From NCBI GenBank assembly GCA_002189035.1, contig NEEC01000235.1:1-22375 (forward strand): 22,375 bases of DNA, given 5' to 3'. This stretch comes from Utricularia gibba. Taxonomy: Eukaryota; Plantae; Magnoliophyta. The notes under the pieces were generated by a model. It searched no databases, was not told where the DNA came from, and saw only the letters and a program-made list of their open reading frames with translations. Shown piece after piece: positions 1-9,853 of this stretch (positions are counted from its first letter, which is position 1; the number at the start of each line of letters is the position of its first letter). The position numbers were made by a program, and so were the translations under genes.

Positions 1-3000
1 TAAGACACTTTTCGTTGTGGCTTGTTTTTAATATGTCCACAGTTATCGGACAAACGTAACTCCAAATTATAATACTTGGAGCTCGAAAAGGGCTTCCCAA
101 CAGTGTGCTATGAAGAGCAAGGATCTGCATGTTATGCAAGAGGTGCTTCGCGGACCAGGATGTGCGACGTAGTCATTTCATTGCGCATCATCATTCGGGG
201 TGCATCCTAAAAATCACACGTGCACGGGATTCATTAAAAATAAATATTTACGCATATCCAGAGTGTATAACAGTGTTGGGATAAGTGATGCCACGAAATT
301 CATGATGTAGCATGTGACTTTTTTCCAACTTGATCGCATAGTAGATGAATTCTGACACCATATGTTGATGCATTTAGTTGCTATGATACTTCTGATTCTT
401 GATGCACCATTCCCGTATACCATGTCTCTAGTGGCTATTTGATTCTTTTGCCTTGTATGTTGTTCGCATCAATTTCGAGAACATGAAGCACATTATTAAA
501 TGCAGTCACCACGGAATGCCACGTGAGACACCTTTCGTTGTGGCCCTTTTTTAATATGTCCACAGTTATCGGACAAACGTAACTCCAAATTATAATACTT
601 GGAGCTCGAAAAGGGCTTCCCAACAGTGTGCTATGAAGAGCAAGGATCTGCATGTTATGCAAGAGGTGTTTCGCGGACCAGGATGTGCGACGTAGTCATT
701 TCATTGCGCATCACCATTCGGGATGCAGCCGAAAAATCACACGTGCACCGGATTTGTTAAAAATAAATATTTACGCATATCCTGAGTATACAACAGTGTT
801 GGGATAAGTGATGCCACGAAATTCATGATGTAACATGTGACTTTTTTCCATCTTGATCGCATATCCGATGAAGTTTGACACCATATGTTTTGGCTGTTGA
901 TTGATTCAATTAGTTGCTATGATACTTCTGATTCTTGATGCACCATTCCCATACACCATGTCTCTAGTGGCTATTTGATTCTTTTGCCGTGTATCCCATT
1001 TGCATCAATGTCGAGAACGAGAAGCACATTCTTAGACGCAGCCACCAAGAAAGGACACCTAAGACACTTTTCGTTGTGGCTTGTTTTTAATATGTCCACA
1101 GTTATCGGACAAACGTAACTCCAAATTATAATACTTGGAGCTCGAAAAGGGCTTCCCAACAGTGTGCTATGAAGAGCAAGGATCTGCATGTTATGCAAGA
1201 GGTGCTTCGCGGACCAGGATGTGCGACGTAGTCATTTCATTGCGCATCATCATTCGGGTGCATCCTAAAAATCACACGTGCACGGGATTCATTAAAAATA
1301 AATATTTACGCATATCCAGAGTGTATAACAGTGTTGGGATAAGTGATGCCACGAAATTCATGATGTAGCATGTGACTTTTTTCCAACTTGATCGCATAGT
1401 AGATGAATTCTGACACCATATGTTGATGCATTTAGTTGCTATGATACTTCTGATTCTTGATGCACCATTCCCGTATACCATGTCTCTAGTGGCTATTTGA
1501 TTCTTTTGCCTTGTATGTTGTTCGCATCAATTTCGAGAACATGAAGCACATTATTAAATGCAGTCACCACGGAATGCCACGTGAGACACCTTTCGTTGTG
1601 GCCCTTTTTTAAATATGTCCACAGTTATCGGACAAACGTAACTCCAAATTATAATACTTGGAGCTCGAAAAGGGCTTCCCAACAGTGTGCTATGAAGAGC
1701 AAGGATCTGCATGTTATGCAAGAGGTGTTTCGCGGACCAGGATGTGCGACGTAGTCATTTCATTGCGCATCACCATTCGGGATGCAGCCGAAAAATCACA
1801 CGTGCACCGGATTTGTTAAAAATAAATATTTACGCATATCCTGAGTGTATAACAGTGTTGGGATAAGTGATGCCACGAAATTCATGATGTAACATGTGAC
1901 TTTTTTCCATCTTGATCGCATATCCGATGAAGTTTGACACCATATGTTTTGGCTGTTGATTGATTCAATTAGTTGCTATGATACTTCTGATTCTTGATGC
2001 ACCATTCCCATACACCATGTCTCTAGTGGCTATTTGATTCTTTTGCCGTGTATCCCATTTGCATCAATGTCGAGAACGAGAAGCACATTCTTAGACGCAG
2101 CCACCAAGAAAGGACACCTAAGACACTTTTCGTTGTGGCTTGTTTTTAATATGTCCACAGTTATCGGACAAACGTAACTCCAAATTATAATACTTGGAGC
2201 TCGAAAAGGGCTTCCCAACAGTGTGCTATGAAGAGCAAGGATCTGCATGTTATGCAAGAGGTGCTTCGCGGACCAGGATGTGCGACGTAGTCATTTCATT
2301 GCGCATCATCATTCGGGGTGCATCCTAAAAATCACACGTGCACGGGATTCATTAAAAATAAATATTTACGCATATCCAGAGTGTATAACAGTGTTGGGAT
2401 AAGTGATGCCACGAAATTCATGATGTAGCATGTGACTTTTTTCCAACTTGATCGCATAGTAGATGAATTCTGACACCATATGTTGATGCATTTAGTTGCT
2501 ATGATACTTCTGATTCTTGATGCACCATTCCGTATACCATGTCTCTAGTGGCTATTTGATTCTTTTGCCTTGTATGTTGTTCGCATCAATTTCGAGAACA
2601 TGAAGCACATTATTAAATGCAGTCACCACGGAATGCCACGTGAGACACCTTTCGTTGTGGCCTTTTTTAATATGTCCACAGTTATCGGACAAACGTAACT
2701 CAAATTATAATACTTGGAGCTCGAAAAGGGCTTCCCAACAGTGTGCTATGAAGAGCAAGGATCTGCATGTTATGCAAGAGGTGCTTCGCGGACCAGGATG
2801 TGCGACGTAGTCATTTCATTGCGCATCACCATTCGGGATGCAGCCGAAAAAATCACACGTGCACGGATTTGTTAAAAATAAATATTTACGCATATCCTGA
2901 GTATATAACAGTGTTGGGATAAGTGATGCCACGAAATTCATGATGTAACATGTGACTTTTTTCCATCTTGATCGCATATCCGATGAAGTTTGACACCATA

Positions 3001-3499
3001 TGTTTTGGCTGTTGATTGATTCAATTAGTTGCTATGATACTTCTGATTCTTGATGCACCATTCCCATACACCATGTCTCTAGTGGCTATTTGATTCTTTT
3101 GCCGTGTATCCCATTTGCATCAATGTCGAGAACGAGAAGCACATTCTTAGACGCAGCCACCAAGAAAGGACACCTAAGACACTTTTCGTTGTGGCTTGTT
3201 TTTAATATGTCCACAGTTATCGGACAAACGTAACTCCAAATTATAATACTTGGAGCTCGAAAAGGGCTTCCCAACAGTGTGCTATGAAGAGCAAGGATCT
3301 GCATGTTATGCAAGAGGTGCTTCGCGGACCAGGATGTGCGACGTAGTCATTTCATTGCGCATCATCATTCGGGGTGCATCCTAAAAATCACACGTGCACG
3401 GGATTCATTAAAAATAAATATTTACGCATATCCAGAGTGTATAACAGTGTTGGGATAAGTGATGCCACGAAATTCATGATGTAGCATGTGACTTTTTTC

Positions 3500-4520
3500 C
3501 ATCTTGATCGCATAGTAGATGAATTTGACACCATATGTTGATTGCATTTAGTTGCTATGATACTTCTGATTCTTGATGCACCATTCCCATATACCATGTC
3601 TCTAGTGGCTATTTGATTCTTTTGCCTTGTATGTTGTTCGCATCAATTTCGAGAACAGAAGCACATTCTTAACGCAGCACCAAGGAATGCCACGTAGACA
3701 CTTTCGTTGTGGCTTTTTTTAATATGTCCACAGTTATCGGACAAACGTAACTCCAAATTATAATACTTGGAGCTCGAAAAGGGCTTCCCAACAGTGTGCT
3801 ATGAAGAGCAAGGATCTGCATGTTATGCAAGAGGTGCTTCGCGGACCAGGATGTGCGACGTAGTCATTTCATTGCGCATCATCATTCGGGGTGCATCCTA
3901 AAAATCACACGTGCACGGGATTCATTAAAAATAAATATTTACGCATATCCAGAGTGTATAACAGTGTTGGGATAAGTGATGCCACGAAATTCATGATGTA
4001 GCATGTGACTTTTTTCCAACTTGATCGCATATAGATGAATTTGACACCATATGGCTGTTGATTGATTCATTAGTTGCTATGATACTTCTGATTCTTGATG
4101 CACCATTCCCATATACCATGTCTCTAGTGGCTATTTGATTCTTTTGCCTGTATGTTTGCATCAATTTCGAGAACGAGAAGCACATTCTTAACGCAGCACC
4201 AAGAAAGGACACGTAAGACACTTTTCGTTGTGGCTTTTTTAATATGTCCACAGTTATCGGACAAACGTAACTCCAAATTATAATACTTGGAGCTCGAAAA
4301 GGGCTTCCCAACAGTGTGCTATGAAGAGCAAGGATCTGCATGTTATGCAAGAGGTGCTTCGCGGACCAGGATGTGCGACGTAGTCATTTCATTGCGCATC
4401 ATCATTCGGGGTGCATCCTAAAAATCACACGTGCACGGGATTCATTAAAAATAAATATTTACGCATATCCAGAGTGTATAACAGTGTTGGGATAAGTGAT
4501 GCCACGAAATTCATGATGTA
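3500..4520. repeat. Mosaic A/B monomers with a net one-monomer shift of the HOR register
   Basis: Core spacings are 517 and 520. Strings such as GAGAACAGAAG, CTTAACGCAGCACC and ATATAGATGAATTTGAC mix A and B alleles. Three monomers, not two, separate the clean A variable blocks before 3204 and 4777. Confidence 0.85.
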
Positions 4521-7319
4521 ACATGTGACTTTTTTCCATCTTGATCGCATATCCGATGAAGTTTGACACCATATGTTTTGGCTGTTGATTGATTCAATTA
4601 GTTGCTATGATACTTCTGATTCTTGATGCACCATTCCCATACACCATGTCTCTAGTGGCTATTTGATTCTTTTGCCGTGTATCCCATTTGCATCAATGTC
4701 GAGAACGAGAAGCACATTCTTAGACGCAGCCACCAAGAAAGGACACCTAAGACACTTTTCGTTGTGGCTTGTTTTTAATATGTCCACAGTTATCGGACAA
4801 ACGTAACTCCAAATTATAATACTTGGAGCTCGAAAAGGGCTTCCCAACAGTGTGCTATGAAGAGCAAGGATCTGCATGTTATGCAAGAGGTGCTTCGCGG
4901 ACCAGGATGTGCGACGTAGTCATTTCATTGCGCATCATCATTCGGGGTGCATCCTAAAAATCACACGTGCACGGGATTCATTAAAAATAAATATTTACGC
5001 ATATCCAGAGTGTATAACAGTGTTGGGATAAGTGATGCCACGAAATTCATGATGTAGCATGTGACTTTTTTCCAACTTGATCGCATAGTAGATGAATTCT
5101 GACACCATATGTTGATGCATTTAGTTGCTATGATACTTCTGATTCTTGATGCACCATTCCCGTATACCATGTCTCTAGTGGCTATTTGATTCTTTTGCCT
5201 TGTATGTTGTTCGCATCAATTTCGAGAACATGAAGCACATTATTAAATGCAGTCACCACGGAATGCCACGTGAGACACCTTTCGTTGTGGCCCTTTTTTA
5301 ATATGTCCACAGTTATCGGACAAACGTAACTCCAAATTATAATACTTGGAGCTCGAAAAGGGCTTCCCAACAGTGTGCTATGAAGAGCAAGGATCTGCAT
5401 GTTATGCAAGAGGTGTTTCGCGGACCAGGATGTGCGACGTAGTCATTTCATTGCGCATCATCATTCGGGATGCATCCGAAAAATCACACGTGCACGGATT
5501 TGTTAAAAATAAATATTTACGCATATCCTGAGTATACAACAGTGTTGGGATAAGTGATGCCACGAAATTCATGATGTAACATGTGACTTTTTTCCATCTT
5601 GATCGCATATCCGATGAAGTTTGACACCATATGTTTTGGCTGTTGATTGATTCAATTAGTTGCTATGATACTTCTGATTCTTGATGCACCATTCCCATAC
5701 ACCATGTCTCTAGTGGCTATTTGATTCTTTTGCCGTGTATCCCATTTGCATCAATGTCGAGAACGAGAAGCACATTCTTAGACGCAGCCACCAAGAAAGG
5801 ACACCTAAGACACTTTTCGTTGTGGCTTGTTTTTAATATGTCCACAGTTATCGGACAAACGTAACTCCAAATTATAATACTTGGAGCTCGAAAAGGGCTT
5901 CCCAACAGTGTGCTATGAAGAGCAAGGATCTGCATGTTATGCAAGAGGTGCTTCGCGGACCAGGATGTGCGACGTAGTCATTTCATTGCGCATCATCATT
6001 CGGGGTGCATCCTAAAAATCACACGTGCACGGGATTCATTAAAAATAAATATTTACGCATATCCAGAGTGTATAACAGTGTTGGGATAAGTGATGCCACG
6101 AAATTCATGATGTAGCATGTGACTTTTTTCCAACTTGATCGCATAGTAGATGAATTCTGACACCATATGTTGATGCATTTAGTTGCTATGATACTTCTGA
6201 TTCTTGATGCACCATTCCCGTATACCATGTCTCTAGTGGCTATTTGATTCTTTTGCCTTGTATGTTGTTCGCATCAATTTCGAGAACATGAAGCACATTA
6301 TTAAATGCAGTCACCACGGAATGCCACGTGAGACACCTTTCGTTGTGGCCCTTTTTTAATATGTCCACAGTTATCGGACAAACGTAACTCCAAATTATAA
6401 TACTTGGAGCTCGAAAAGGGCTTCCCAACAGTGTGCTATGAAGAGCAAGGATCTGCATGTTATGCAAGAGGTGTTTCGCGGACCAGGATGTGCGACGTAG
6501 TCATTTCATTGCGCATCACCATTCGGGATGCAGCCGAAAAATCACACGTGCACCGGATTTGTTAAAAATAAATATTTACGCATATCCTGAGTATACAACA
6601 GTGTTGGGATAAGTGATGCCACGAAATTCATGATGTAACATGTGACTTTTTTCCATCTTGATCGCATATCCGATGAAGTTTGACACCATATGTTTTGGCT
6701 GTTGATTGATTCAATTAGTTGCTATGATACTTCTGATTCTTGATGCACCATTCCCATACACCATGTCTCTAGTGGCTATTTGATTCTTTTGCCGTGTATC
6801 CCATTTGCATCAATGTCGAGAACGAGAAGCACATTCTTAGACGCAGCCACCAAGAAAGGACACCTAAGACACTTTTCGTTGTGGCTTGTTTTTAATATGT
6901 CCACAGTTATCGGACAAACGTAACTCCAAATTATAATACTTGGAGCTCGAAAAGGGCTTCCCAACAGTGTGCTATGAAGAGCAAGGATCTGCATGTTATG
7001 CAAGAGGTGCTTCGCGGACCAGGATGTGCGACGTAGTCATTTCATTGCGCATCATCATTCGGGGTGCATCCTAAAAATCACACGTGCACGGGATTCATTA
7101 AAAATAAATATTTACGCATATCCAGAGTGTATAACAGTGTTGGGATAAGTGATGCCACGAAATTCATGATGTAGCATGTGACTTTTTTCCAACTTGATCG
7201 CATAGTAGATGAATTCTGACACCATATGTTGATGCATTTAGTTGCTATGATACTTCTGATTCTTGATGCACCATTCCCGTATACCATGTCTCTAGTGGCT
7301 ATTTGATTCTTTTGCCTTG

Positions 7320-8680
7320 TATGTTTCGCATCAATTTCGAGAACATGAAGCACATTATTAAATGCAGTCACCACGGAATGCTACGTGAGACGTTGTGGCC
7401 CTTTTTTAATATGTCCACAGTTATCGGACAAACGTAACTCCAAATTATAATACTTGGAGCTCGAAAAGGGCTTCCCAACAGTGTGCTATGAAGAGCAAGG
7501 ATCTGCATGTTATGCAAGAGGTGCTTCGCGGACCAGGATGTGCGACGTAGTCATTTCATTGCGCATCATCATTCGGGGTGCATCCTAAAAATCACACGTG
7601 CACGGGATTCATTAAAAATAAATATTTACGCATATCCAGAGTGTATAACAGTGTTGGGATAAGTGATGCCACGAAATTCATGATGTAACATGTGACTTTT
7701 TTCCATCTTGATCGCATATAGATGAATTTGACACCATATGTTGATGATTTTAGTTGCTATGATACTTCTGATTCTTGATGCACCATTCCCATACCATGTC
7801 TCTAGTGGCTATTTGATTCTTTTGCCTTGTAGTTGCATCAATTTCGAGAACGAGAAGCACATTATTAAATGCAGCCACCAAGAAAGGACACCTAAGACAC
7901 TTTTCGTTGTGGCTTGTTTTTAATATGTCCACAGTTATCGGACAAACGTAACTCCAAATTATAATACTTGGAGCTCGAAAAGGGCTTCCCAACAGTGTGC
8001 TATGAAGAGCAAGGATCTGCATGTTATGCAAGAGGTGTTTCGCGGACCAGGATGTGCGACGTAGTCATTTCATTGCGCATCATCATTCGGGGTGCATCCT
8101 AAAAATCACACGTGCACGGGATTCATTAAAAATAAATATTTACGCATATCCAGAGTGTATAACAGTGTTGGGATAAGTGATGCCACGAAATTCATGATGT
8201 AGCATGTGACTTTTTTCCAACTTGATCGCATAGTAGATGAATTCTGACACCATATGTTGATGCATTTAGTTGCTATGATACTTCTGATTCTTGATGCACC
8301 ATTCCCATACCATGTCTCTAGTGGCTATTTGATTCTTTTGCCTTGTATGTTCGCATCAATTTCGAGAACATGAAGCACATTATTAAATGCAGTCACCACG
8401 GAATGCCACGTGAGACACCTTTCGTTGTGGCTTTTTTAATATGTCCACAGTTATCGGACAAACGTAACTCCAAATTATAATACTTGGAGCTCGAAAAGGG
8501 CTTCCCAACAGTGTGCTATGAAGAGCAAGGATCTGCATGTTATGCAAGAGGTGCTTCGCGGACCAGGATGTGCGACGTAGTCATTTCATTGCGCATCACC
8601 ATTCGGGATGCAGCCGAAAAATCACACGTGCACGGGATTTGTTAAAAATAAATATTTACGCATATCCTGAGTGTATAACA
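7320..8680. repeat. Mosaic A/B monomers, register preserved
   Basis: Core spacings are 514, 514 and 516. The monomer at 7408 has a B variable block but an A right half. Hybrid strings include CCCATACCATG, CCTTGTAGTTGCATC and CCTGAGTGTATAAC. Confidence 0.85.
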
Positions 8681-8968
8681 GTGTTGGGATAAGTGATGCC
8701 ACGAAATTCATGATGTAACATGTGACTTTTTTCCATCTTGATCGCATATCCGATGAAGTTTGACACCATATGTTTTGGCTGTTGATTGATTCAATTAGTT
8801 GCTATGATACTTCTGATTCTTGATGCACCATTCCCATACACCATGTCTCTAGTGGCTATTTGATTCTTTTGCCGTGTATCCCATTTGCATCAATGTCGAG
8901 AACGAGAAGCACATTCTTAGACGCAGCCACCAAGAAAGGACACCTAAGACACTTTTCGTTGTGGCTTG

Positions 8969-9134
8969 TTTTTAATATGTCCACAGTTATCGGACAAACG
9001 TAACTCCAAATTATAATACTTGGAGCTCGAAAAGGGCTTCCCAACAGTGTGCTATGAAGAGCAAGGATCTGCATGTTATGCAAGAGGTGCTTCGCGGACC
9101 AGGATGTGCGACGTAGTCATTTCATTGCGCATCA
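8969..9134. other. A/B-invariant core of the monomer (121 bp identical, one substitution, then 44 bp identical); present in every monomer
   Basis: 8969-9089 is identical to the B counterpart at 9492-9612. The single C/T difference is at 9090, and 9091-9134 is identical again. Confidence 0.9.
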
Positions 9135-9228
9135 TCATTCGGGGTGCATCCTAAAAATCACACGTGCACGGGATTCATTAAAAATAAATATTTACGCATA
9201 TCCAGAGTGTATAACAGTGTTGGGATAA
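9058..9228 (+). other. 56-codon stop-to-stop frame containing a C2H2 zinc-finger-like motif (possible gene relic; repeated in each intact monomer, B copy at 9581-9751)
   Basis: Manual translation: RARICMLCKRCFADQDVRRSHFIAHHHSGCILKITRARDSLKINIYAYPECITVLG*. It fits C-x2-C-x3-F-x8-H-x3-H at 9070-9132. It is bounded by TGA (9055-9057) and TAA (9226-9228), and there is no start codon upstream of the first Cys, so it is not called as a CDS. Confidence 0.3.
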
Positions 9229-9317
9229 GTGATGCCACGAAATTCATGATGTAGCATGTGACTTTTTTCCAACTTGATCGCATAGTAGATGAATTCTGAC
9301 ACCATATGTTGATGCAT

Positions 9318-9853
9318 TTAGTTGCTATGATACTTCTGATTCTTGATGCACCATTCCCGTATACCATGTCTCTAGTGGCTATTTGATTCTTTTGCCTTGT
9401 ATGTTGTTCGCATCAATTTCGAGAACATGAAGCACATTATTAAATGCAGTCACCACGGAATGCCACGTGAGACACCTTTCGTTGTGGCCCTTTTTTAATA
9501 TGTCCACAGTTATCGGACAAACGTAACTCCAAATTATAATACTTGGAGCTCGAAAAGGGCTTCCCAACAGTGTGCTATGAAGAGCAAGGATCTGCATGTT
9601 ATGCAAGAGGTGTTTCGCGGACCAGGATGTGCGACGTAGTCATTTCATTGCGCATCACCATTCGGGATGCAGCCGAAAAATCACACGTGCACCGGATTTG
9701 TTAAAAATAAATATTTACGCATATCCTGAGTATACAACAGTGTTGGGATAAGTGATGCCACGAAATTCATGATGTAACATGTGACTTTTTTCCATCTTGA
9801 TCGCATATCCGATGAAGTTTGACACCATATGTTTTGGCTGTTGATTGATTCAA
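9318..9853. repeat. Representative type-B monomer (536 bp)
   Basis: Diagnostic strings: CCTTGTATGTTGTTC, CACGGAATGCCACGTGAG, GGCCCTTTTTT, GAGGTGTTTC, CGGGATGCAGCCGAAAAA, long tail ATATGTTTTGGCTGTTGATTGATTCAA. About 45 substitutions plus a 13-bp insertion relative to A (manual alignment). Confidence 0.95.

Larger units (their letters stand above)
8795..9317. repeat. Representative type-A monomer (523 bp)
   Basis: Arbitrary start at TTAGTTGCTATG. Diagnostic strings: CCGTGTATCCCATTT, CAAGAAAGGACACCTAAG, GGCTTGTTTTT, GAGGTGCTTC, CGGGGTGCATCCTAAAAA, short tail ATATGTTGATGCAT. Manual count 108 C + 109 G = 41.5% GC. Confidence 0.95.

Noticed and set aside
1135-1368. Plus-strand MELEKGFPTVCYEEQ... 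ORFs (also 5346, 19608, 20622)
   Set aside because: TTG start, and they reach 60+ aa only where a variant or 1-bp deletion bypasses the normal TAA. Not a conserved product.
1605-2860. Isolated 1-bp indels (extra A at ~1611 and ~2851, lost C at ~2700; likewise ~19083 and ~21443)
   Set aside because: All lie in homopolymer runs, typical of long-read sequencing error, and are not interpretable as biology.
9004-9025. Small hairpin CTCCAA-N10-TTGGAG and palindromes TAAATATTTA and CGTGCACG
   Set aside because: Stems of 4-6 bp are expected by chance in 530 bp, and there is no terminator-like U-tract context.
9031-9051. Minus-strand peptide HTVGKPF resembling the zinc-finger linker HTGEKPF
   Set aside because: It is immediately preceded by a TAG stop, is not followed by C-x2-C, and lies on the opposite strand from the C2H2-like motif. 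Probably chance.
8856-9083. Recurrent 75-aa minus-strand ORF (MHNMQILALHST...), open in both A and B
   Set aside because: The annotated start is TTG. The A/B differences are mostly non-synonymous (15 amino-acid changes in the C-terminal half), there is no recognisable domain, and its recurrence simply reflects the repeat.
9256-9263. CATGTGAC = budding-yeast CDEI consensus (GTCACATG) on the minus strand, plus CACGTG E-boxes
   Set aside because: No adjacent >90% AT CDEII or CDEIII element follows, and short E-box matches are near chance expectation.
8795-9317. 5S rDNA, tRNA, snRNA or spliced-leader RNA tandem unit (similar unit sizes are common)
   Set aside because: I found no 5S internal control region or conserved ends, no GTTCRANNC B-box or cloverleaf, and no known SL or U1/U2/U6 5' sequence on either strand by eye. 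An Rfam cmscan would be the definitive test.
8795-9317. Possible internal ~170-175-bp sub-repeat (AACAGTGT recurs 170 bp apart)
   Set aside because: No third copy and no extended similarity around the octamer.
9158-9367. Recurrent 69-aa minus-strand ORF (MVYGNGASRIRS...)
   Set aside because: It is intact only across the A tail and is disrupted by the 13-bp indel in B. No recognisable homology.
8795-9853. Identity with known ~528-529-bp repeats (Phaseolus khipu satellite, Toxoplasma 529-bp element)
   Set aside because: Only the length is similar. The sequence does not resemble the Toxoplasma element as I recall it, and I cannot verify khipu without blastn, so no assignment is made.
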